A stretch of 42,650 bases of DNA, from NCBI GenBank assembly GCA_044326505.1, contig JBIRBF010000002.1:1-42650 (forward strand), read 5' to 3'. The position numbers and the translations under genes were made by a program. Numbering within the stretch: position 1 is the stretch's first letter; each line of letters begins with the position of its first letter. The stretch comes from Candidatus Nanopelagicales bacterium. GTDB lineage: Bacteria > Actinomycetota > Actinomycetes > S36-B12 > UBA10799. Under the pieces are notes generated by a model, which had not been told where the DNA came from, made no database searches, and worked only from the letters and a program-made list of their open reading frames with translations. Shown in pieces: positions 16,575 through 25,305 of this stretch.

Positions 16575-17589
16575 GACGGCGACACCGACCGTGGCCCTGA
16601 AGGCCAAGGACTTCAAGTCCGACCAGGAGGTCCGCTGGTGCCCCGGCTGCGGCGACTACGCGATCCTGGCCACCGTCCAGAGTTTCTTGCCCGAACTGGG
16701 CAAGCGGCGCGAGGACATCGTGTTCGTGTCCGGCATCGGCTGCTCGTCGCGATTCCCCTACTACCTGACCACCTACGGCATGCACTCGATCCACGGTCGC
16801 GCGCCGGCGATCGCGACCGGCCTGTCGGTATCACGACCCGACCTCGACGTGTGGGTGGTCACCGGTGACGGCGACGCCCTGAGCATCGGCGGCAACCACC
16901 TGATCCATGCGTTGCGCCGGAACGTCGACATGACCATCCTGCTGTTCAACAACCGCATCTACGGCCTCACCAAGGGGCAGTACTCCCCCACCTCCGAACT
17001 CGGCAAGGTCACCAAGTCCACACCGGTGGGCAGCGTGGACCGACCCTTCAACCCGGTGCAGCTCGCACTCGGTGCGGGTGCCACGTTCGTGGCGCGCACG
17101 ATGGACTCCGACCGGCAGCACCTCACCTCCGTGCTGCGCGCGGCGGCGGAGCACAAGGGCACCTCGCTGGTCGAGATCTACCAGAACTGCAACATCTTCA
17201 ACGATGGCGCCTTCGACCTGCTGAAGGACCCGACCACCCGCGACGAGGCGCTGATCCGCTTGGTGCCCGGCGAGCCGATCACCTTCGCCGAGGGCACCAG
17301 GGCGGTGGTCCGCGACGGCTACTGCGGGCTGCGGACCGCGAACACCGCGGACGTGGACCCCGCCGACATCGTCATCCACGACCCCACCCGTGAATCGCCC
17401 CTTACCGCCCTCGCTCTGGCCCAGATGGCCGACCAGCCGACCAACCGGCACACCGCGATCGGGGTCTACCGCAGCGTCGAGGCTCCCACGTACAACGAGG
17501 GCTTCGCCGCCCAACTGGCCGATGCCGAGCGGCCGACGGCCAACCTGCACGATCTGTTCGCCGGCTCCGACACCTGGACTATCGACTGA
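16567..17589 (+). CDS. korB: 2-oxoglutarate:ferredoxin oxidoreductase, beta (TPP-binding) subunit
   Basis: Motifs: WCPGCGDYAIL, SGIGCSSRFPYY, VVTGDGDALSIGGNH. GTG 16567 overlaps the korA stop by 8 nt. The upstream part of ORF 16486.. lies inside korA. Confidence 0.9.
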   Translation: MAETATPTVALKAKDFKSDQEVRWCPGCGDYAILATVQSFLPELGKRREDIVFVSGIGCSSRFPYYLTTYGMHSIHGRAPAIATGLSVSRPDLDVWVVTGDGDALSIGGNHLIHALRRNVDMTILLFNNRIYGLTKGQYSPTSELGKVTKSTPVGSVDRPFNPVQLALGAGATFVARTMDSDRQHLTSVLRAAAEHKGTSLVEIYQNCNIFNDGAFDLLKDPTTRDEALIRLVPGEPITFAEGTRAVVRDGYCGLRTANTADVDPADIVIHDPTRESPLTALALAQMADQPTNRHTAIGVYRSVEAPTYNEGFAAQLADAERPTANLHDLFAGSDTWTID

Positions 17590-17618
17590 GCCCAAGCTCA
17601 CAGAGCCCGCAACCCTCG

Positions 17619-18560
17619 GTGGCGGGCCAGCCCAACGCCGTCAAGGCTCGCGCCGACCAGCAGCTCTCGGGACTGCTCTACGGCTTGCTGGCCTACGGCA
17701 TCTGGGGCCTGTTCCCGCTCTACTGGCCGTTGATGCAGCCTGCCGGCGCACCGGAGATCGTCGCGCACCGCAGTCTCTGGTCGCTGGTGTTCCTGGCTGC
17801 CGTGGTCACGTTCACCCGCGGCTGGGCCGCAGTGCGACGCACTTTCGCCCAACCCAAGACCCGCTGGCTCCTGCTGCTCGCCGCCGCCCTGGTGGCGACG
17901 AACTGGACGGGCTACATCTACGCGGTCAACCACGGGCACGTGCTCGAGGCCTCGCTCGGCTACTTCATCAACCCGCTGGTGAGCGTCGTGATCGGCGTGG
18001 TGATCCTGTCCGAGCGGCTGCGCGCCGCCCAATGGGTCGCGGTCGGCCTGGGCGTCGCCGCCGTCGTCATCATCACCGTGGCGTACGGCCACCCGCCCTG
18101 GATCGCACTGCTGCTGGCCTCCTCCTTCGCGCTCTACGGCCTGGTCAAGAAGCTTGCCGACGTGCCCGCCATCCCCAGCCTGACGGTCGAGACCACCTTC
18201 ATGGCGCCGGTGGCCCTTGCGCTGCTCTTGGTTCTGGCCGCGACCGGCGACGGGCACTTCGGCCGCGAGGCCGGGCAGAGCCTGCTGTTCGCCGGCGCGG
18301 GCATCGTCACGTCGCTGCCGCTGCTGGCCTTCGGCGCCGCCGCGATCCGGATCCCGCTGTCCAACCTCGGCTTGTTGCAGTACCTCACGCCGGTGATGCA
18401 GTTCCTGCTGGGGCTGCTGGTCTTCGGCGAGCACCTCGACCCAGTGGGCTGGCTGGGGTTCGGCCTGATCTGGCTGGCGCTGGTGGTCTTCAGCATCAGC
18501 GCCTTTCGCGCCGCGCGCAGCACCCACCAGAACCTGACACCAGCGTCAACTTCGTCCTAG
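17619..18560 (+). CDS. rarD: EamA/RarD-family (DMT superfamily) membrane transporter
   Basis: 313 aa, about 10 TM helices. GLLYGLLAYGIWGLFPLYW...PEIVAHRSLWS is RarD-like. GTG start 29 nt after korB. Confidence 0.8.
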   Translation: MAGQPNAVKARADQQLSGLLYGLLAYGIWGLFPLYWPLMQPAGAPEIVAHRSLWSLVFLAAVVTFTRGWAAVRRTFAQPKTRWLLLLAAALVATNWTGYIYAVNHGHVLEASLGYFINPLVSVVIGVVILSERLRAAQWVAVGLGVAAVVIITVAYGHPPWIALLLASSFALYGLVKKLADVPAIPSLTVETTFMAPVALALLLVLAATGDGHFGREAGQSLLFAGAGIVTSLPLLAFGAAAIRIPLSNLGLLQYLTPVMQFLLGLLVFGEHLDPVGWLGFGLIWLALVVFSISAFRAARSTHQNLTPASTSS

Positions 18561-18569
18561 GCTACTGCC

Positions 18570-19826
18570 ATGGCAGAGAATCCACAGTCCCCTTTCACCA
18601 CCGCAGAGCGACTGGCACTGGTGGAACTGGTGCGGGACTTCACCGCCGAACAGATCGCCCCGAACCTCCCAGCCTGGGAGGAGGCTGGCGAACTTCCGCG
18701 CACGCTGCACCTCGCCGCTGGCGACTTGGGCCTGCTCGGGCTCAGCCATGCCGCCGACGTGGGCGGCTCGGGCGGCACCCTGGTCGATGTGGTGCTCATG
18801 ACCGAGCAGGTGCTCGCAGCCGGCGGCTCCGGCGGTCTGGTGGCCGCCCTGTTCACCCATGGCATCGCGATCCCACACGTCGTGGACGCCGCCGCTCGTG
18901 CCCGCGCCGCTGGCGATACGGCGACTGCCGAACTCCTCATCGACCAGATCGTCCGCCCCACGCTGGCCGGTCGCGCTATCACCGCGCTCGGTGTGACCGA
19001 GCCGGACGGCGGCTCCGATGTGGCGGCCCTGCGGACGGCCGCCGTCCCCATCGACGCCGATGGCGCCCCCGCCTCACCGGACGCCGCCCAGGCCTGGCGG
19101 CTCAACGGCGCGAAGGCCTACATCACCTCCGGTGCGCGGGCCGACACGGTCATCGTCGCGGCCCGGGCTTTCGGCGCGGGCGCCGGCGGCATAGCGCTGT
19201 TCGCCGTCCCCACCGACGCCCCCGGGTTCAACGTCATGCGTCGCATGGCCAAGATGGGCTGGCACTGCTCCGACACCGCTGAACTGTCGCTGGTTGATGT
19301 TGACGTGCCGGCCTGGCGCCTGCTCACCCCGGGGCCCGGACTCGGATTCGCCTCCTTGGCCCGACACTTCGCGGTGGAGCGCGTGTCCCTGGCCGTGACC
19401 GCCTACGCCACGGCCCAACGCTGCCTCGACCTCACGGTCAACTGGGTGCGCCACCGGCAGACCTTCGGCCGACCGTTGATGGATCGCCAGGTGGTGCGCC
19501 ACCGCCTGGTCGAGATGCACCGCCTGACCGACACCGCACGGCTCTACACCCGCGCACTGGTTGTGGACCTGGTCGCCATCGGCGCGAACGAGGCATCGGG
19601 CGGACTACCCGACACCGACCTCATGCTGCGCGCAGTCCTGGCGAAGAACACGGCGGTGGCCGCGTGCGATGCCGTGGTCGCCGACGCGGTTCAGTTGCAC
19701 GGCGGCTACGGCTTCCTGCAGGACGCTGAGGTGGAGCGGCACTACCGCGACGCCAAGGTCCTCGGCATCGGCGGCGGCGCCACCGAAGTCATGACCGACC
19801 TGGCTGCCCGCCTGCTCGGCTACTGA
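18570..19826 (+). CDS. Acyl-CoA dehydrogenase family protein
   Basis: Motifs: GVTEPDGGSDVAAL, AYITSG, RQTFGRPL, QLHGGYGFLQDAEVERHYRDAKVLGIGGGATEV. ATG 9 nt after rarD. Confidence 0.9.
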   Translation: MAENPQSPFTTAERLALVELVRDFTAEQIAPNLPAWEEAGELPRTLHLAAGDLGLLGLSHAADVGGSGGTLVDVVLMTEQVLAAGGSGGLVAALFTHGIAIPHVVDAAARARAAGDTATAELLIDQIVRPTLAGRAITALGVTEPDGGSDVAALRTAAVPIDADGAPASPDAAQAWRLNGAKAYITSGARADTVIVAARAFGAGAGGIALFAVPTDAPGFNVMRRMAKMGWHCSDTAELSLVDVDVPAWRLLTPGPGLGFASLARHFAVERVSLAVTAYATAQRCLDLTVNWVRHRQTFGRPLMDRQVVRHRLVEMHRLTDTARLYTRALVVDLVAIGANEASGGLPDTDLMLRAVLAKNTAVAACDAVVADAVQLHGGYGFLQDAEVERHYRDAKVLGIGGGATEVMTDLAARLLGY

Positions 19827-19861
19827 GCACTGCCCCGCCGACCTGCGCAGCTGTGCGCGCT

Positions 19862-19897
19862 CTCGGCGCGCGCCGAGGGCTCACGTCGTGGTGAGCC
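19862..19897 (+). terminator. Candidate tandem hairpins downstream of the acyl-CoA dehydrogenase gene
   Basis: 16-bp perfect palindrome ctcggcgcgcgccgag (19862-19877), followed directly by ggctcac-gtcgtg-gtgagcc (7-bp stem, 19878-19897). No strong U-tract. Confidence 0.3.
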
Positions 19898-19927
19898 GAT
19901 TAGGATCGAGCGCAGGTCACGAGCAGG

Positions 19928-21079
19928 GTGAAGGACCCCCGTACGCCACATGGCAGGCAGGAGCACAAGGTGGATCAGGACGCGCCGGGCAGCAGCTTCG
20001 CCAACCTGCCTGAGCGCGCCCAGCGGGCGCTGGCGGGCCTGGACCTGCAGGGCGTCGGGCTCGAGATCGGGCCGTCCTTCAACCCGATCGCTCCACGCTC
20101 CGCCGGCTTCGACGTGCGCATCCTCGATCACGCCAGCCAGGCGGACCTGATCGGCAAGTACCGAGAGGTCGGACTCACAGCCGCCGAGCTCGACCGGATC
20201 GAAGAGGTCGACTTCGTCTGGTCCTCGGGTCCGGTGCACGAGGCCGTCACCTCGGGCGAACGCTTCAGCTACATCGTCGCAGCGCACGTCATTGAGCACG
20301 TCACGGACATCGTGGCGCTACTGGACACGGCCCAGCGGCTGCTCGAACCCGGCGGGCAACTGTCGCTCATCGTGCCCGACAAGCGCTTCTGCTTCGACCG
20401 CATGCGCCCGGTGACAACTGTGGGGCAAGTCGTCGAGGCACACCTCGACCCCGCGCTCTTCCACGGTCCCGCGCCCTTCATCGACACGCACCTCTACACG
20501 GTTCGGAAGTTCGGCACGGGCAACACTTGGGACCTGCACTCGGGCACCGACCTGCGCATTCCGGGCTGCGAGTGGGACACCGTGCGCGACACCATCACGC
20601 GGGTGCACCAGGCCGACGAGTACATCGACATCCACCGTTGGGTCTTCACCCCCGCGTCGTTGCGGCTGCTCATCAGCGACCTGCGCTCGCTCGGCTACAC
20701 GGACATGGACATCGTCCAGATCACGCCGACCGATTCGTTCGAGTTCTTCGCACGCCTGGCCGTGCGGCCGCGGGACACCGACTCCGACGCAGGCGTGGAC
20801 TCGGCGGACCGCTGGGCGCTGCTCCAGAAGATCGAGCGGGAACAGGCCGAGGTGGCCCTGGCCGACGACCTCGCCCGTGCGGCCCAGTACGACGAGTTGG
20901 CCGAGCACCTCGACGAAGTCTCGTCCGCCTTCCGCGCGACCCTGGCCGAGCGCGACGCGCTGGCGAACGCCAACGCCGAGCTCACCGAGAAACTGGCCGC
21001 TATGACCTCGTCGGCTTCATGGCGGGCCACCGCACCGCTGCGACGCGCCAAGTCGATCATCCAGCCGGACAGCGAGTAG
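19928..21079 (+). CDS. Class I SAM-dependent methyltransferase with a C-terminal coiled-coil tail
   Basis: Methyltransferase core GLEIGPSFNP ... IVAAHVIEHV.D....L......LLEPGGQLSLIVPD. The last ~100 aa are heptad-like (LAEHLDEVSSAFRATLAERDALANANAELTEKLAAM) and end in SSASWRATAPLRRAK. GTG start. Confidence 0.7.
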   Translation: MKDPRTPHGRQEHKVDQDAPGSSFANLPERAQRALAGLDLQGVGLEIGPSFNPIAPRSAGFDVRILDHASQADLIGKYREVGLTAAELDRIEEVDFVWSSGPVHEAVTSGERFSYIVAAHVIEHVTDIVALLDTAQRLLEPGGQLSLIVPDKRFCFDRMRPVTTVGQVVEAHLDPALFHGPAPFIDTHLYTVRKFGTGNTWDLHSGTDLRIPGCEWDTVRDTITRVHQADEYIDIHRWVFTPASLRLLISDLRSLGYTDMDIVQITPTDSFEFFARLAVRPRDTDSDAGVDSADRWALLQKIEREQAEVALADDLARAAQYDELAEHLDEVSSAFRATLAERDALANANAELTEKLAAMTSSASWRATAPLRRAKSIIQPDSE

Positions 21080-21097
21080 CGGGCGCAGCCCAGGAAC

Positions 21098-21127
21098 GAG
21101 CCGGCGGGCCGCGAGCGGCGCCCGGCT
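21098..21127. terminator. Candidate bidirectional hairpin between convergent genes
   Basis: agccggcg (21099-21106) pairs with cgc-c-cggct (21119-27), with one bulge. It lies in the 49-nt gap between the methyltransferase stop (21079) and the polyprenyl synthase stop (21129). Confidence 0.3.
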
Positions 21128-21128
21128 A

Positions 21129-22130
21129 CTAGGACGTGCGTTCGACGACGAAGTCGCAGAGCTGCTCGAGCGCCCGGCGGGCCGGGATGTCCGGCAGCTG
21201 CGCGAGCGTGGAGCGGGCGTCGTCCGCCCAGCGCCGGGCCTCAGCCCGCGCCTGTGCGACGGCGTCATGCACGAGCAGCAGCTGCAACGCTTCGGCGTGT
21301 TCGCCATCGTCGGGCAGCGGCCTCGCGAGCAGGCTCTGCAGCCGCGCGTCGGCTGGGTCCTCGGAATCCAGCGCGAGCAGCGCAGGGAGGGTTTGGACGC
21401 CCTCGCGCAGATCGCGGCCCTGGGTCTTACCCGACTCCCCGTCCGCCACGGTCAGATCGACCAGATCGTCGGCCAACTGGAAAGCCACGCCGATGCGCTC
21501 CCCGAAGAGCGTGAGAGTCTCGATCACGGAGTCGTCGCAGCCGGCGAACATGGCGCCGAAGCGGCCCGAGGTAGCGATGAGCGAACCGGTCTTGTCCGCC
21601 AGCACCTCGATGTGGTGGGTGACGGGCGGAACCCCGTCGAGCGGTCCCACGGTCTCCTTGATCTGGCCCACGACCAGCCGCTCGAAAGTGCGCGCCTGGA
21701 TGCGCACCGCCTCTGGCCCGAGATCGGCCAGGATGTCCGAAGCGCGCGAGAAGAGGAAGTCACCGCTGAGGATCGCCACGATGTTGTCCCACCGGGCGTT
21801 CGCCGACTCCACGCCGCGGCGCCGCGTGGCCTCGTCCATGACATCGTCGTGGTAGAGCGTCGCCAGGTGGGTGAGTTCGACGACTACGGCCGCCTGCAGC
21901 ACATCGGCGGACTCCCAGTCGCCGAACTCGGCCGCCATCAGGACAAGCATCGGCCGGAACCGCTTGCCACCGGCCTCCACGAGGTGCCGGGAGGTCTCGG
22001 TGACGAACGGGTAGTGGCTCTTGATCGACTCGCGCAGCATCTGCTCAACGAGCCCGAGGCGTTCGGATACGCGCGCCTCGAGTTCGGCATCGCCGAGCGG
22101 GAACGCGACCGACACGACCAGACTCCTCAC
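21129..22130 (-). CDS. Polyprenyl (hepta/nona/decaprenyl-type) diphosphate synthase, probable menaquinone side-chain synthase
   Basis: First Asp-rich motif LYHDDVMDE....RRG and second FQLADDLVD; also GKRFRP. GTG 22130 is the longest start. GTG 22115 has a GAGGAG SD 8 nt upstream and may be the true start. Confidence 0.9.
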   Translation of the reverse strand: MRSLVVSVAFPLGDAELEARVSERLGLVEQMLRESIKSHYPFVTETSRHLVEAGGKRFRPMLVLMAAEFGDWESADVLQAAVVVELTHLATLYHDDVMDEATRRRGVESANARWDNIVAILSGDFLFSRASDILADLGPEAVRIQARTFERLVVGQIKETVGPLDGVPPVTHHIEVLADKTGSLIATSGRFGAMFAGCDDSVIETLTLFGERIGVAFQLADDLVDLTVADGESGKTQGRDLREGVQTLPALLALDSEDPADARLQSLLARPLPDDGEHAEALQLLLVHDAVAQARAEARRWADDARSTLAQLPDIPARRALEQLCDFVVERTS

Positions 22131-22218
22131 TTGCGGGCCCGCCTGGCGCGGAACTCCTAGTGCAGACCCTACGCGACTATTCGTGACCGCGAATCCTCAA
22201 CCACCGGACCTTCGACGA

Positions 22219-23766
22219 TCAGCGAACGAACGTGCTGGCCCTTTCGGCAAGCTCCAGCATCGGCTGCGGGACCACTCCGAGCAGGAGCGTGATGGCTGCG
22301 GCGACGCCGATGGCGACCGAGGTCAGCCAGCTCGGGACGACCACCGAAACGTCGTCGTTGGTCGGGTTCGTGAAGAACATCAGCACGATCACCCGGGCGT
22401 AGAAGAACCCACTGATGGCGCTGGCGATCACGGCGCAGATCACGACCGGCGTCGCACCGCCGGCAATACCCGCGGTGAAGACGAAGAACTTGCCGGTGAA
22501 GCCGCTCGTCAGCGGGATACCGGCGAAGGCGAGGAGGAAGAACGCAAACGAGCCGGCTACCAGCGGCGATCGCTTGCCGAGTCCCACCCAACTGCTCAGT
22601 CCGGTGGCCTCGCCCGAGGGGTTGCGCACCAGCGACACCACGGCAAAGGCGCCCACCGTGCTGACGCCGTAGGCGAACAGGTAGAACAGCGACCCGCCCA
22701 GGCCCGCCGGATTGGTGGCGATCACGCCGACGAGCAGGAAGCCCGCGTGCGCGATGGACGAGTACGCGAGCATCCGCTTCACGTCGGTCTGAGTGAGGGC
22801 GAAGATCACTCCGACGAACATCGTCAGGATGGCGATCAGCCAGAAGGCCGGCCGCCAATCCCACTTGGAGGCCCCGAAGGCGACGTAGAACAGCCGGAGC
22901 AGCGCCCCGAACCCCGCGAGCTTCACGGCAGCCGCCATGAAACCGGTGAGTGGCGTCGGTGCGCCCTGGTAGACGTCGGGCACCCACTGCTGGAACGGCA
23001 CGGCGCCGACCTTGAACAACATGCCGACCGCGATGAGCGCGATGCCGGCGATGATCAGCCCGTTGGGACCTGCCACCGCCGCCATGGCGTCAGCGATACC
23101 GCCGAAGCCGAGAGTGCCGGAGAACCCGAACACTAGGGCCGCGCCATACAGGAAGAACGCGGACCCGAACGATCCCAGCAGGAAGTACTTGATCGCGGCT
23201 TCCTGGCTGAGCAGGCGGCGCCGACGGGCCATCCCGGTCATGAGGTAGAGCGGGAGCGACATGACCTCCAGCGCGATGAACATCGTCAACAGGTCGTTCG
23301 ACACGACGAACACGAGCATGCCGCCGACGCTGAACAGGAACAGCGGCCAGATCTCGGTCTGCAGGTAGCCCTCGGCGGCGAACTCCCGCTCCTCGGAGCT
23401 TCCCGGCAGGGCCGAGGCCCGTGGCGCGAAGGCATCGCCGGCCGGGTCGGCCTCGCGCTCGAACATGACGAAGGCCGCCAGCACGGCGATGAGCAGCGTC
23501 GCACCCTGCAGGAACAGTCCGGGCGAGTCGATCGCCAACGCCCCGCGGGCGGTTGTGATGTTCGTGCCGGCGAGCGCGAAGACGAGCACGAGCGCCACGG
23601 CTAGGGCCACGACGACCAAGACCAGTTGCGCGTTGCGTCGCTTCTGCCGGGGCAGCAGCGCCTCGAGCACCACACTGACGAGGGCTGCGCCAAGGACGAC
23701 CAGGATCGGCGCGAGCGCCGCGTAGTCGAAGTCGGGCCCGGGGATGGAGTCCATCAGCTCGGTCAT
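22219..23766 (-). CDS. nuoN: NADH-quinone oxidoreductase subunit N
   Basis: 515-aa polytopic antiporter-like protein, last gene of the operon. ATGA overlap with the nuoM stop (23763-23766). Confidence 0.9.
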   Translation of the reverse strand: MTELMDSIPGPDFDYAALAPILVVLGAALVSVVLEALLPRQKRRNAQLVLVVVALAVALVLVFALAGTNITTARGALAIDSPGLFLQGATLLIAVLAAFVMFEREADPAGDAFAPRASALPGSSEEREFAAEGYLQTEIWPLFLFSVGGMLVFVVSNDLLTMFIALEVMSLPLYLMTGMARRRRLLSQEAAIKYFLLGSFGSAFFLYGAALVFGFSGTLGFGGIADAMAAVAGPNGLIIAGIALIAVGMLFKVGAVPFQQWVPDVYQGAPTPLTGFMAAAVKLAGFGALLRLFYVAFGASKWDWRPAFWLIAILTMFVGVIFALTQTDVKRMLAYSSIAHAGFLLVGVIATNPAGLGGSLFYLFAYGVSTVGAFAVVSLVRNPSGEATGLSSWVGLGKRSPLVAGSFAFFLLAFAGIPLTSGFTGKFFVFTAGIAGGATPVVICAVIASAISGFFYARVIVLMFFTNPTNDDVSVVVPSWLTSVAIGVAAAITLLLGVVPQPMLELAERASTFVR

Positions 23767-25304
23767 TTCGCCTCCCCCGCGATCGGCAGGGCCGGTTGTG
23801 GGTCGGTCTGACCGGTGCTGGCCATCGTGCGGTCAACCGCCGGATTGATGTCGTTGAGCAGCAGCTGCGGGAAGAAGCCGAGCACGATGAGCAGGGCGAT
23901 GACCGGCGCGACGCCCGCCTTCTCACGGCCGTTGAGGTCGGTCATCTTCTCGCAGCTCGGCTTCACCGGACCGGTCATGGTCCGCTGGTACCACCAGAGG
24001 ATGTAGATGGCGGCCAGGATCACCCCGAGGGTCGCCACAACGGCAGCCCACGGGTAGCGGCTGAACGTGCCGAGCAGCACCAGGAACTCACTGACGAAGC
24101 TGGCAAGTCCCGGCAGGGCCAACGATGACAGGCCCGCGATCAGGAACAGCCCGGCGAGCACGGGCGCCACTTTGCTCACGCCCCCGTAGTCCGATATCTG
24201 GGTGGATCCCCGCCGTGCGATCAGGTAGCCCACGAGAGCGAGCAGCGCCGCTGTCGTCAGGCCGTGGTTGACCATGTAAAGAGTCGAGCCGGACTGCGAC
24301 TGCGTGGTGAACGCGAAGATGCCCATCACGATGAAGCCGAAGTGCGAGATCGAGGTGTACGACACCAGCCGCAACATGTTCGACTGGCCGATCGCCAGCA
24401 GCGCGCCGTAGATGATGCCGATGACCGCCAGGACGATGATCGCCGGAGCGAAGAACTTGCTGGCCTCCGGGAACAGCGGCAGGCAGAGCCGGAGCATCCC
24501 GAAGGTGCCGACCTTGTCCATCACGCCGACCATCAAGATCGTCGTGCCGGGCTTGGACTCGGCCGCCGCATCGGGCAGCCAGGTGTGGAAGGGCACCATC
24601 GGCGCCTTGACCGCGAAGGCGAAGAAGAAGCCGAGGAACAGCATTTTCTGCGTCGCAGGGTCCAGATCGACGTTGACCAGACTGAGGAAGTCGAAGGTCG
24701 CCATGCCGGTCTCGCGCGCCGAAGCCACGTAGAGGCCGATCAGCGCGGCGAGCATGAGCAGGCCGCCCAGCAAGCTGTAGATCAGGAACTTCATGGCCGC
24801 GTACTGCCGCTGCGGCCCGCCGTACCGCCCGATCAGGTAGAACATCGGGATCAGCATGACTTCGAAGAACACGTAGAACAGGAACACGTCGGTCGCCGAG
24901 AAGACCATCAAGAGGCAGGCCTCGAGCGCCAGGATGAGGGCGAAATAGCCCTTCGGGCTCGCCCCTGTGGGCGACTCCTCGGCCTCGTGCCAGCCGGCGA
25001 TCATCACGATCGGCACCAGCACCGCGGTCATCGCCAGCAGCACCAGCGCGATGCCGTCGACGCCGAGGGAGTAGTTGACGCCCAGCGTGGGCATCCACGA
25101 CAGCTTCTCGGTGAACTGGAAGGGCTCGGCAGCGTCGGGCTTGAACAGCAGGCCCATGACGATGACGATCCCCACCGGGATCATCGAGAAGACCAGTGCC
25201 ACCTTGCGGGCGGTGAGGTCGCTGCGCTCGGGCATCAGCGCCACGACGAGGGAGCCGATGAGCGGCACCAGCGCCAGGAGGGTCAGCCAGGGGATGGTGT
25301 CCAC
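23763..25304 (-). CDS. nuoM: NADH-quinone oxidoreductase subunit M
   Basis: 513-aa antiporter-like protein (FFAFAVKAPMVPFHTWLPDA). GTG start 1 nt after the nuoL stop. Confidence 0.9.
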   Translation of the reverse strand: MDTIPWLTLLALVPLIGSLVVALMPERSDLTARKVALVFSMIPVGIVIVMGLLFKPDAAEPFQFTEKLSWMPTLGVNYSLGVDGIALVLLAMTAVLVPIVMIAGWHEAEESPTGASPKGYFALILALEACLLMVFSATDVFLFYVFFEVMLIPMFYLIGRYGGPQRQYAAMKFLIYSLLGGLLMLAALIGLYVASARETGMATFDFLSLVNVDLDPATQKMLFLGFFFAFAVKAPMVPFHTWLPDAAAESKPGTTILMVGVMDKVGTFGMLRLCLPLFPEASKFFAPAIIVLAVIGIIYGALLAIGQSNMLRLVSYTSISHFGFIVMGIFAFTTQSQSGSTLYMVNHGLTTAALLALVGYLIARRGSTQISDYGGVSKVAPVLAGLFLIAGLSSLALPGLASFVSEFLVLLGTFSRYPWAAVVATLGVILAAIYILWWYQRTMTGPVKPSCEKMTDLNGREKAGVAPVIALLIVLGFFPQLLLNDINPAVDRTMASTGQTDPQPALPIAGEAK

Positions 25305-25305
25305 G

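Noticed and set aside
17390-19282. 630-aa plus-strand ORF spanning the korB end, rarD and the acyl-CoA dehydrogenase start.
   Set aside because: It is out of frame with three well-supported genes and is an extremely Arg/Pro/Gly-rich low-complexity translation.
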